From Octopus sinensis (taxonomy: Eukaryota), in assembly GCF_006345805.1 (NCBI RefSeq), contig NC_043000.1, forward strand, positions 56,978,001-57,042,000: a stretch of DNA of 64,000 nt. Direction: 5' to 3'. The notes under the pieces were generated by a model. The model did not search any database, was not told the DNA's origin, and saw only the letters and a program-made list of their open reading frames with translations. Positions 23,911 to 35,989 of this stretch are shown piece by piece; position 1 is the stretch's first letter, and every line of letters begins with the position of its first letter. Made by a program: the position numbers and the translations under genes.

Positions 23911-24499
23911 ACCTAAAATCTTGGCAACAAGCTGTGACTGTTGAAAGATTGCAGTTTTGAACATTTTCATGATTATCAAATTAGCCTAAATATGCAAATT
24001 ATGTCATACCATGTGAATTTAAATGGATTTTTCATGTAACTCTATTTCTTCTCTCTTCTCATAATACAACAATGTTAAACAAACTCTAATAAGAACTATA
24101 ATGTTTGAAACTATAGTTTGATACTTGTGGCAAGCTGCCACAAGTATATTTCATTCCATGTCAAAAATTATATAATTACATATAAAGAGATAAACCAAAG
24201 AGGGAGTCTCTATATGGTTGCAGGAGTAACAAGAAACAGCAACCAAATCTCCGTTATATCACACACTAGAATATTAAAAAATATATATAAAACACCAAAG
24301 GCCACATTATATAATGCTGTCCTAGAGACAATATCAGAGATATGAGATGGTCATGGCTAGAATATCTTTGATCATAAATCTGGATCAGAACTGAGTTAGG
24401 ACAATCACAAAACAACATATAAACAAACTTGTGTACAGTAAATGTTATCATTTTCATACATAATTGGAATAGTAACAGCATCTTGACAATGGTCTGTAC

Positions 24500-25185
24500 C
24501 AAGAAAGCACAGGTACCTGCATGTCGCTTGACGGTGAATGGAACTTGGATAAAGCAGAAGGACAGTTTCATATATCTGGGAAGTTGGATAGCATCAGATA
24601 GAAGGTCAGATAAGGACAACAAGTGCAGAATTGGATTAGCAAAGATGACTTTTGTGGATATGAGGTGCTTTTTTTTGTGTGTGTGTGTGTGGAAAGCGAA
24701 TTGGCATGGAAGTCAAGAAAAGACTATTGAAGTGCTACATCTGGTTAGTGCTAACGTATAGATGTGAGTCTTGGACGATAAGCAAAGTCATGAAGAAGGG
24801 ACTCAAAACTGCAGAAATGTGATTTTATAGAAAAATGCTTAGAATCTCGAGGGTACAGAGGGTGGACGAATGTGGAAGTGTTAAAGAAGATGAAAGTGAA
24901 GAGACAGTTGATGGATACTATCAGAAAGAGACAGTGGAGATTTGTTGGTCATTTTCTCAGAGATGACGGAATGGAGCGTTACATGGTGGAGATTGAACTG
25001 GTGGGAAGGAGAGCGAGAGGAAGGCAGAGAATGAAGATGTTTGGCTGGATGAAGAAAAGAATGAACGTGCAGAGCAAGAAAGATCTGGGTGATGTTGCGA
25101 GAGACAGAAATAAATGGAGGAGGAACAAGCTATGATTCATCAACGGCATGAATATGCCATGATACAAGAGAGAGAGAGAAAAGAA
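24500..25185 (+). mobile_element. RTE-clade LINE 3' fragment
   Basis: FIYLGSWIASD.RSDKD.KCRIGLAK. TIRKRQWRFVGHFLR...GRRARGRQRM...ARDRNKWR. (AG)n-like tail. Confidence 0.85.
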
Positions 25186-25659
25186 GGAAGCAGCCATGAT
25201 CTTTATAAGCCCTTTTAGATTTCTGAGATCAATGTGACTTACAGTCAATATTAGTCATCAAATAATTAGTCAGCAAGTAATCTTTCAGATTGCCAAGCTT
25301 TATATTTAGCATTTATTAAGATTCTGCATTCCTTTCAGAATGTAACATACAAGTGACTTTCCCCCTTATTTAAATTAGCCTTCATGTTACAGGTAGTAAG
25401 AAACTCTAGGGAAAGGTGAACAGCAGGTCTTCAGAGAAGCCCCTATAATGCAAGTGTTTCAGCTCTTAACTTTTTACATTCTAAGAGATCCACATCCAGA
25501 TCGTGACTATTGGACAATCCTCTGTAACTATGTTCTATGCTACTGTAAGCATTGAAACCTTACTGGATAGTCAAGACACCCTAGAACCAAGATTCTTTGG
25601 ATGCTGTAACCAGTTCAGTCAAAGATACATGTTGAATGTTGAGTAAATTATGCTTTCTG

Positions 25660-25990
25660 AAATTCACTGTCATTCCTCTTTGATCAGATCCAGTTCAAAC
25701 TCTTCTCAGCTGCTTCTGCCATTGCCTTAAGAGCTCTGCTTCTCTTTCTCTAAGAAATCAAGATCTGTTTTACGAGATCAAAGGCAGATTTGGCTACAAA
25801 TCCTCTCACACCTACTTCTATGGCAAGGACTTCGATTTGGATGCCAGATTTTTTTGATCTGATGGCTAAACTGTCAAATTTTTCAGCCAGATGTAAATGT
25901 GACCTTCTGGTTTTATATGGCACAATGAGTTCAATTAGAATCACTTGTTTTAATTAAAGTGAGATGAGCAGAATATCTAGTCTCATCAAA
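25660..25990 (-). mobile_element. Restriction-like endonuclease (PD-D/ExK) remnant of a HERO/NeSL/R4-type non-LTR element
   Basis: LDILLISL*LKQVILIELIVPY...AEKFDSLA...IEVLAIEVGVRGFVAKS...WI*SKRND, matching RLE 'PDIV..S...K.V.LIELTVPW...IEVG.RGF...WLW.KR'. Confidence 0.7.
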
Positions 25991-27177
25991 TGATGAGCAA
26001 GTCTCATCAAATGATGAGCAAGTTCTCACCTAACATCTTACAGTTGTCCCAAGCGACGCAACACAATTTCTTCTCAGTTTGTGTCTTCTAGATTCAAACA
26101 CTGATTATACATGCTTGAAAATTTTTTTGCCATTGTACTTCATCTCAGTAGACTACATGCATTCATAAACTTCACATGTATTCGAATTTATTCTAGACTA
26201 CGACAACTACAAGGACACTATAAACTGCCTCAATCCTTTAGCACTTAAACTGTCCATATGCAGCCAAAATATTCTGCTTGTTTTATGTTCAAACTGGCCA
26301 GACCCAGTCTCTCACAATGTCATTTTAGAAATAAACAACTGCACCATCAAAATCTTGAATCTATGAGATAATGCATAAATAATTCAAAACAATGTGAATA
26401 AATAAGTATTGCATTTGACAGAGAAATCTGAATGCTAAAGGGTTAAAGATAGCAACCTCAGCAAAACATCAGGCTGAAACTTCTAAAAACCCTGGTCTGG
26501 CCAAAAGCATTGTATGGGTATTAAATATAAAATAAGGACCTAAGAGTAACAGACACTAAGCAACTAAGCACATTTGAGATGACATACAACAGGTAAACCT
26601 GTGGATCAGTTGGGTGACCTGCAAAATGAATGATTTAATCCTGAAGCAGATAGAAATAGAATAAAAGTGAGTGATGATGGCCAGACAGCAAAATCTGCAA
26701 TATTTTGGCCATATTATCAGAGTCCTGATCCTCTGTACCTACATCCTCAGGAGATGGATAGCTAGAAAATGGGCTCACAGGCAACAAACATAAAGATAGA
26801 GTAATGACATCAAAGACTAAACAGGGTGGACTATAGCAAAGTATGACTGCAGCACAAGACTGAAACACTCAGCCATAAGGATCAGCATAGTCATTCATTC
26901 ATTTTATAGTTTCAATACATTTTATTGATAAATTTTCCAAAAATTTCTTTTTAAAACAATATTGGATAATGCAATCAGAGATGAGATGCTCATGGCTAAC
27001 TTCCCTTTCATCAAAGACCTGCTTGATTGAAGATTAAAAAAAAAAAGGCTGGACGAGAAAGTGTCAAGTATACAAGTAGCCACACTGCATATCTTACAGA
27101 ATGGTGTAATAGGAAGTATGGTCCTCAGTAGATGTTATAGCTAGAATATATAAGTGGGTTGCATCTAATAGTTCAGT

Positions 27178-27479
27178 CGTGGAGGCACAAGGCCTAGTGG
27201 TTAGAGCAGCGGACTTGCAGTCAAGGGATCACAGGTTCGAATCTCAGACCAGGCGATGTGTGTGTTTAGGAGTGAAACACCTAAGCTCCATGTTGCTCCG
27301 GCAGAAGGTAATGGCGAACTTCTGCTGATTCTTTTGCTACAACTTTCTCTCACTCTTTCCTCCTGCATCATGCAGCTCGCCTGCAACGGACCAGTGTCCC
27401 GTCCAGGTGGGGAACTTATACGCCAAGGAAACCGGGAAACCGGCCCTTATGAGCCAGGCATGGCTTGAGAAGGAACAAA
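27178..27479 (+). mobile_element. tRNA-derived SINE (distinct family)
   Basis: A box TAGTGGTTAGAGC and B box GGTTCGAATC, followed by a ~230-bp non-tRNA body and an aggaacaa tail. Confidence 0.75.
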
Positions 27480-28857
27480 TAGTTCAGTCAACCACCCATC
27501 TTCCACTCATCTGCTCTCTCAGATTTGGGACTACATAACAAAAACGTGTGTACAAGGTGAGAGGAGTTATAGCTTTTTTCCTAGAATAAGAAGATAAATC
27601 ATTTAATAAAGAATATAGGGAATGAGAAACAGTAGCAAGATGAGAAGAAAGACTCGTACATTGGGTGGGTTAAGGTACAGACAATGAAAAGCTTACAGTT
27701 TCAAAGTTAGTATAAACAAGAGAGAGTTAACAAACCGTTTGAAGCAATGGTAAGGGATTACAGAACAAGAGGGAGATGTTCTTGTTGTTCTTTAGTCCTA
27801 TGTTACCTATTATTAAAAGCATTCCAACCCGTCTTTCTTCTATGTGCAAGGAACCTAGGACCACATTATTCAATATCATTTTTCCTAAATATTAAAGTAT
27901 GATTTGAGGGAGATTTGGTCAATCTATAGTAGGTTGATCAATCACATAGAAGGTTCATAATTACGAAAAAAACAGAAGGCGGTATCATCGGCAAAGGATG
28001 ATATCGCCTAGGATGTATGTTATTGAATGGGTATATCACTGATTCGCAGAATGGATTATGTAACCGATCCTTAAAGATCGGTAGAGTTTATGAGACGGAA
28101 ACATCCCCAACAACGCATACTGCAAAAGAGTGACCTGGCAAAATTGGTACTATCAAACAAAAGCAAAGAAAAAGAAGAAACAGATGGAACCCAGCGAACA
28201 TCTTAGGACCAATGTCTTCATGCTAGACATAACTAAAGGGTTTGCTGATAGTGACAGTAGTTTTTGAGGTGCTTCTTCGTTATTAGACCACATTCCATAA
28301 TAAAACAATGTCAAAGTTTGGAAAGATCTTTTTTTCTTACACACTAAAATATTGTATGGGGAAAAATGAAAGTCTATTTTGAGGAATGTCAAAAGACCAA
28401 AACAAATGACATACGATGGCGATGAGTAAGCGAAGAAGCGCGGCTTTTGAACTTAAGACTAAGAAGACCGTAACTAAATAGTGAACTTTGTGTCTCTCCG
28501 AATAAAAACAAGCGCCGCAACGTGGGATATTTCACGCTTCGCATTATCTCACTGTATTTTTTGTTTTTTCCATACAGTGGACATATTAAAGTTAACTTTT
28601 GTGAATGTAGACCATCATCGGTTTCCGTGGATACCGGATCTTACGTAATTGATAAAATCCATTATACTCACGTTTTTCACTAAATTAAATTAACGACTAA
28701 TTTTAAAACACCTTAGCAGCGAGAAATTGTTTAGCTTTATTTTACATGACAGGGTAAAGAGAGATAGAGTTGTAAAGAACACTAAAAAAAGGTAAGACAT
28801 TCTGAAAGAGAAGCCTAAATAGATTATGACAGTTAACAGAGCTGATATAGAACTCAC

Positions 28858-29189
28858 TTGGCTGTCTTTAACAACGGGTGACGAGTTCCGACTAATTTTC
28901 TCATCTGAAGGGCAACATTAGACAGTTCATCGCTCAGAAGGTACCTGAGACTTAAAAACGAGGTAGGGTATCCAACCACCTTTTCAGCTTCAGACACAGC
29001 TTTCTTCCAATCAGAATTGGAATTTGAACGCCAGGAAGAAATCATTCTATTCACCAGGATAATTCTACTTCTTTGAGCTGGACATAGTAATGTAAGGCGG
29101 TGCCATTTAGAAGGAATGACGGGCTTAAACTTAGAAACCAAACTGTTCATGTTGTCAACAAGAAAAACACGTGTGGACTGGAAGGTCAT
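28858..29189 (-). CDS. PDSS2: PDSS2 coding exon 1 (mitochondrial-targeting-like N-terminus plus start of the prenyltransferase domain)
   Basis: Translates MTFQSTRV...[50 protein letters not shown](K), the characteristic PDSS2 N-terminal block. Ends GCC AA|gtgagt (phase 2). 332 nt = 110 codons + 2. Confidence 0.95.
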
Positions 29190-29960
29190 CCGCTGATTAA
29201 CACCCCTTAAGTCGTAAACAAATTATAAACAATTTTTATTTGCCTCTGTAGTCAATGGAAAGCAAATGAAAGAAAATAAGAAAAAAGGAAATATAGATTT
29301 TATGAATTGTTTAAAGTTGCTTATATGCTCTAAAATTTATTCCAGGATTTTTTAAACGATGAAACATCAATTTTTGATAATACATTGATGATATAAGAGG
29401 CCTCAATTCTGTTAAAGTGCAAGTGGATGTCTGTTTCCTTCTTAACGGAAATAGTTGAGTGAGTGAATGTATTTATACACAGAATTAATACATCTGGAAC
29501 CCTTTGATTTCTCTTACGTTTATATCCTGTTTACCTATCTGCACGTTTTATATTGTCGTAAATACTGTTGTGATATCAAACTCAAGCCAATACACAACGA
29601 ACTGTATCCGAAAATTGGTTTCGATGTCTGTTGAATTAAGTCTGTTTACATTTTTGATGGTCTTCGGGAAAAGTATAAACGTTGCAATAACCTGTTTAAC
29701 CTTCTAAAATATAATTTCTTTGTGTTTTATTTTTTTTAAAGTCATGTTCTTTAAATAATCCTAGTAATCACTTGTGACGAGTAACTTATCCCAATACATT
29801 TAAACAACTTTATCGGATTTATTTTATTTTATTTTATTTGAAATTTTGCTTCTGTTGCTTCGTTACTTGATAACTTGTGTGTGTCGAAAGCCAAAACATC
29901 TGTCACATCACCTAGTGATTATAATGACGATCGGAAATCGAAATTCATAACAAAAAAGTT
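29190..29960 (-). promoter_or_regulatory. Probable PDSS2 5'UTR/promoter region
   Basis: Unique sequence directly upstream of the ATG, with no recognisable repeat. CpG dinucleotides are visibly retained here and in ~28400-28700, unlike the CpG-depleted surroundings. No TSS can be placed. Confidence 0.4.
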
Positions 29961-30037
29961 GTCAAAATACCATAAAAATAAATGTCGGTGGAATTCTGAT
30001 TTAAGCATCCCATATAACCCCTCATAACGTTAATATA

Positions 30038-31940
30038 GGGCGTAACAAATATCAGAAAATCAAAAAAAAAATGTGTGTAATAGGTGTAAAACAACTTCCT
30101 ATGAACGAATAAGAAAAAAAAAATTCGCGCACGCGAAAGGGGGGTGGGGGAGAGGCCTCGGAAAATTCACATCGGGAAGTTCCGAAAGCGTCTGAGGGGC
30201 TGACCCGGGCATCAAAACAAAAAAAAAATAGTGTAATATGTGTAAAACAACTTGCTCTAAACGAATATGAAAAAAAAAATGCGCTCTCGAGAAAGAGGGG
30301 TGGGGGAGAGGCCTCGGAATATTTATATCGGGAATTTCCGAAAGCGTCTGAACCGGGCACAAAAACAAAAACAGCGTAATAGGTGTAAAACAACTTACTC
30401 TAAACGACTATCGTGAAAAAAATGCGCGCTCGCGAAAGGGGGGTGGGGGAGAGGCTTCGGAAATTTCACATCTTCAGTCCACGGCCTTTAAACTAAGAAA
30501 AAATAGTGTAATTGGTGTAAAACTACTTGTTCTAAACGAGTATCAAGAACACACACTCACACATGAATCATAAACTCCGTATTTCGCAAAAAAAAAAAAT
30601 AAAGAGAAGAAATTCTGGAAAAAGTGAAGAAATGTTGGATCTCCGCCATGTGAATCAAAATACGTGTCAGAAACATCTTGAAATACTACAGAAATTATGT
30701 TACGAAAATGATAATGTATACATACCTCTTTGAGTGGTCCATCGATAATGATGATAAAGAAATGAGTTGGATTTGAACTCAGAATATTGACTAACACAAC
30801 TACATACTACAAGACTCAAAATATTCAGCCAAGTCACCACCCTTTAACTAGCAATAGCAATAATAATAACATCAATAACATAACAGCCAAAAGATTTATT
30901 TGTTCTGAAAATAACAATCATAGTAAATAAATATGTTCTTTAATATTCACATTCATATGCACAGTTAAACACACTTACATACAAACAGTCACGCATGCAT
31001 AATACAGAACGGAACACATAAATGAAGGATGCATTACTTAGTATATATTACATCTAGAGAATTTTGATTAATAAGTCAAATATGCAAATTATAAAGATAA
31101 TTAATTGCTTTACTAAACAGTGTTGTAAAGGTGAAAAAATAAATTTGGGAAAAAAATACACGCCAAAACTAATTAATAAAGGATAATTAGGGAAGGATTG
31201 ACACAAAATAATAATTTTTTCTGTCTCTTTTTTTCTGATAAATGCATCTTAATAAGTGAGAAGAATTGCATATATCTGAACTATTTCAAAGAAAAGCATA
31301 AATTTAATGTTTAAAATAGCTTTAACCAAGGAATGAGATCCAACATTTCTTCACTTTTTCCAGAATTTCTTCTCTTTATTTTTTTTTTTTTGCGAAATAC
31401 GGAGTTTATGATTCATGTGTGAGTGTGTGTTCTTGATACTCGTTTAGAACAAGTAGTTTTACACCAATTACACTATTTTTTTTAGTTTAAAGGCCGTGGA
31501 CTGAAGATGTGAAATTTCCGAAGCCTCTCCCCCACCCCCCTTTCGCGAGCGCGCATTTTTTTCATGATAGTCGTTTAGAGCAAGTTGTTTTACACCTATT
31601 ACGCTGTTTTTGTTTTGTTTTTGTGCCCGGTTCAGACGCTTTCGGAAATTCCGATATAAATATTCCGAGGCCTCTCCCCCACCCCTTTCTCGAGAGCGCA
31701 TTTTTTTTTTCATATTCATTAGAGCAAGTTGTTTTACACATATTACACTATTTTTTTTTTGTTTTGGTGCCCGGGTCAGCCCCTCAGACGCTTTCGGAAC
31801 TTCCCGATGTGAATTTTCCGAGGCATCTCCCCCACCCCCCTTTCGCGTGCGCGAATTTTTTTTTCATATTCGTTCATAGGAAGTTGTTTTACACCTATTA
31901 CACACATTTTTTTTTTGATTTTCTGATATTTGTTACGCCC
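30038..31940. mobile_element. Young foldback-type non-autonomous DNA transposon with 606-bp modular TIRs
   Basis: TATA|GGGCGTAAC...GTTACGCCC|TATA. Arms 30038-30643 and 31335-31940 are nearly identical. Each has ~3.3 copies of a ~150-bp subrepeat (gtgtaaaacaactt...ggggtgggggagaggc.tcgga). The 691-bp spacer is AT-rich and apparently non-coding. Confidence 0.85.
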
Positions 31941-31954
31941 TATATTAACCCTAT

Positions 31955-32362
31955 GTGGAATTTTCAGAAAATTTTTGTTAATTTGTGTTCTACACATAAG
32001 AATTTATACGATTATGAAAATTTTGGTTAATATTTACATCTTGACCCGGAAATGAAAATCCCCTCAAAAAATACTGGAATGGGTGTAAAACAATGCGTAG
32101 GTAACGAATATGAAAAAAAAAATTCGCGCAAAAGGGTGGGGAGAGGACTTCGGAAAATTCACAAGATACTCTTTACTTGTTTCAGTCATTTGACTGGCCA
32201 TGCTGGAGCACCACCTTTAGTCGAGCAGATCGACCCCAGAACTTATTCTTTGTAAGCCTAGTACTTATTCTATCGGTCTGTTTTGCCGAACTGCTACGTT
32301 ACAGGGACGAAAACACACCAGCATCGGTTGTCAAGCGATGATGGGGGGACAGACACACAAAC

Positions 32363-32417
<55 letters not shown>

Positions 32418-33470
32418 CACACGACGAGCTTTCAGTTTCCGTCTACCAAATCCACTCACAAAGTAGTAGAAGACACTTGCCCAAGGTGTCACGCAATGGG
32501 ACTGAACTCGGAACCATGTGGTTAGTAAGGAAGCTACTTACCACACAGCCACAGCTTTTCCCTCATAACTTTTAGGAAATGGGGCTTTTTTCAATGACAT
32601 TTTATAGAAATACTTTTCAAACGGCATACATTACTATTATCAAGAAATTTGTGGGGAAAATCTTTTCCAAGGGAGTGGGGAGAGGACTTCGTAAAATTCA
32701 CAAAATCCGAGTTTTTCCCTGAAAACATTATGACTATAAAGTTATTTGTAGGGAAAATCTTGAGGTGGGTTGAGGACTTTCGGAAAATTCACAAGATCCG
32801 ACTTTTTCCTCGTTATATTCCGAAATCTCATTCAACTTTCTACAGATACCCTTTAATGTTTTGGGTTCAATTTTGTTTCATTTTCAATTATGTTTACGCT
32901 TTTTTAACCCTTCGCCGTTATTCTCATTCACTCGTTATTACTTTCTTTATCTATCTATATATATATAGAGATATATATATTATATATACATATATTATAT
33001 ACATACATATATATACACACATATATATACACGCACATATATACACATATATATACACACGCATATACACACACACATATACAGTTATGAGGGGAAAACT
33101 TGGATCTTGTGAATTTTCTGAAGTCCTCTCCCCACCCTTTGGAAAAGATTTTCCCCACAAATTACTTTATAGTCGTAATGTATGCCGTTTGAAAGGTATT
33201 TCTATAAAATCTTATTGAAAAAAAAAACCCATTTCCCTAAAAGTTATGAGGGAAAACTCGGATTTTGTGAATTTTCCGAAGTCCACTCTGATCCCTCCCG
33301 TTACTTTGCGAGCATTTTTTTTATATTCGTTTCCTACACATTGTTTTACACCCATTCCAGTATTTGGGGGGGAGGGTCATTTCTGGGTCAAAATATAAAC
33401 ATTGACCAAAATATATACATATATTTTTTCAGTTTTTTTAAAACACCTCACAAATCCTAAAAGTTCCACT
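31955..33470. mobile_element. Older, diverged foldback element of the same subrepeat family, with its left arm interrupted by a SINE
   Basis: ~32020-32170 plus ~32555-32830 is the inverse of ~33080-33412. It shares the motif gtggggagaggacttc.gaaaattcaca with the young element. A family B SINE is inserted at 32171-32552, and a (TA/CA)n core lies at 32950-33080. Confidence 0.7.
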
Positions 33471-34477
33471 CTTTCTCAAATCTTCTTTTTAAAACTGTTT
33501 AAAATACTGACAGTTCAAATGTTTTGCTTAAATCCCATCAATGGATCATTAAATGTGTTTATGTGGAGAAAAATATTGAAAAACATCAATACATGTCAGA
33601 GTGATAAAGAAACAAGGAAGCTATCCAGCTAAATCGCCCTTACACTACAAAAATTTTTCTTAGTTTTTTTTCATAATCGAATGAATTTTCTGTGTGGTAA
33701 GAAGTTTGCTTCCCAACCACATGGTTCCAGGTTCAGCGGTTGTGGGTTCAGTCCCACCACATGATTCCAAGTTCAGTGCCTTCTACTATAGCCTTGGGTC
33801 AACCAAAGCCTTGTGGGTAGATTTGGTAGACGGAAACTGAAGGAAGACCATCGTATATATATATATATATATTTATATATGTTTGTGTCTGTGTATGCCC
33901 CCGCCACCACTTGACAACCGATGTTGGTGTACTTGCATCCCTGTAACTTAGCAGTTCAGAAAAAGTAGCTAATAGAATAAGTACCAGACTTTACAAAATG
34001 TAATTACAAGGGTCAATTCACTTGACTAAAATTCCTCGAGGTGGTGCCCCAACATGGCCACTGTTTAATGACTGAAACATGTAAAAGATAAAAAGATAAG
34101 GGTTATATGGGGTGCTTGAACAAGAATTCTGTCCAAATGTCTCCTAGCATAATCATTTTTGTGGTGGAAGGAAGACCAGTAGTGGGGAGAGATGATGTCA
34201 TGTCAGCAAGTAAGAAGAAATGATTCCCTCTTTTTCATGCTATCTGCAACAGAGGAAAGACATAGCAATAGAGGGGTCATGACAACACGTGCTAAGGATT
34301 GAACAATCTATCGGCAATACCCTACTGCAAGTCAAAGTAAGAGCAACTTTACATGCCTTCAAACCACAAGCTATTTTGGCATGTTGTTACCAGCTGTGAG
34401 GATATGTCCGAGAAGTGGATTTTTTATATTTTTCTGTTGCTCTTGTTCTTCGTTTTTTTTTGTTTTGTTTTTTTGTA

Positions 34478-34960
34478 ATGGCCACAAAAAACAAAATTGG
34501 TAGTGATGTGTTGAGACCATTCACTGGGGAAGGCAATGTGATGGCCTGGATAAAGAAGGTGAGACCCATGGTGAAGCTCCAGAGAACAGATGTGGTTTGC
34601 CTTATGCCTTTGTACTTAGAAGGCAGTATACTCAATCTCTACCTGGAGATGGATGAGGCAGATCAAGAGAAAGCAGAAAAAATTGAAGAGTGGCTGAAGG
34701 ACGCTTTTAAAGCTTACAGCAAGCTCATGAGAGTGAGATGGACTGGGAAGTAGATAGATGACTGTGAGAGCAAGATTAAGAGGTTAGTGGACCTAGCAGG
34801 ATTTACTGGAACAGCAATGGAGCAGATGGTGAAGCTATCTTTTTGACCGGTTTCCCCAACCATACATCTGTATATATGCAGCAGATGCTGGGCATCAAAA
34901 CAATGTCAGTAGGAGAGATGATCAACAAATCATGGGTGTTGTCGCAAAGCAACACTTGTG
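34478..34960 (+). mobile_element. Gypsy-type LTR retrotransposon gag remnant
   Basis: MATKNKIGSDVLRPFTGEG.VMAWIKKVR...LMPLYLEGS.L.LYLEMDE.DQ...IEEWLKDAF, then after stops KIKRLVDLAGF...KLSF.TGFPN...EMINKSWVL. This gag type is recalled from invertebrate Gypsy elements. No pol or clear LTR was seen. Confidence 0.7.
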
Positions 34961-35989
34961 ACATAGTGGAAACCTTCTTTATCCAGGCCATCACATACAC
35001 CTGATTACCATGACCACTTTCTATGAAAAAAATTTTCCACCACGCTTTCCAATACAATTATAAGATACACCATCTGAAAAGTATTTATCCTTTTATTTGT
35101 TTCAGTAATTTGACTGTGGCCATGCTGGAGCACCACCTTTAGTTGAACAAATCGACCCCAAAACTTATTCTTTGTAAGCCTAGTACTTATTTTATTGGTG
35201 CAGTGGGACTGAACCTGGAGCCACATGGCTGGGAAGCAAGCTTCTTACCACAGGCATGCCTGTGCCTAAATGATGTACCCGTTTTTTTCTCCTGTTTCTT
35301 TTATATTTTGTTTACTTTTCACTTAATATGGTAGGATTAGGGTTCAAGATGGCAAGCAAGTTTCATGAAGTTGTTGTTGGAAACCATTAAATCATTTGCA
35401 TCATAGAATTCCAGCAGCCTTGTTCCCTCCTCATTTTTGAAGCCAAAGTCATAGCTTCTATGCACTTGAAAACCATTGGAATGTTTTCCAATATGACTAT
35501 TGAAGTTGCTGCCATGCTAAGTGAAGCTATAGTAGAAGGTACTTGTCCAGGGTGCCATGCAGTGAGACTGAACCTAGAACCAAGTGGCTGGAAAGCAAAC
35601 TTCTTACCACAGTGCCACACCTACACTTATAAAACATATGGTTCTTTGTCTGCAGATGGACTTGAACCCATGATCCTTAGATGTCATGAAAGGACTTAAA
35701 AGCTTATTACAATTTATAATATTCTATTTTTATAATATTGTAACATTGTAAATAATAACATGTGAAAATCAGACTATGTTGGAATTTCATTGATAAATAT
35801 ATGTGTGTGTGTCTACTACCACAGCTTGACGACCAGTGTTGGGGTCTTTACATCCTGCAACTTAGCAGTTTCCAACAGAGATTGCTAGAATAAGTTCCAG
35901 GCTTTAAAAAAATAAGTACTGGGGTTGATTCACTTGACTAAAATTATTCAAGGTGATGTCCCAACATGTCCGCAAAAGATATATATATC

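Noticed and set aside
27178-27260. Possible tRNA gene
   Set aside because: It has A and B boxes but no complete cloverleaf or terminator, and it runs into a SINE body. SINE heads of families A and B were rejected for the same reason.
28416-28481. MAMSKRRSAAFELKTKKTVTK*, resembling a pogo/Tigger N-terminus
   Set aside because: Only 21 codons, with no TIR or downstream domain. The CpG richness is equally explained by promoter proximity.
30075-30545. CRISPR-like or regularly spaced array
   Set aside because: The units are contiguous ~150-bp diverged subrepeats without unique spacers, in a eukaryotic context with no cas genes.
30052-33460. Cluster of long ORFs (up to 189 aa) with repeated 'EASPPPPF' peptides
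   Set aside because: These are translations of the foldback subrepeats and microsatellites, open by chance and mirrored on both strands.
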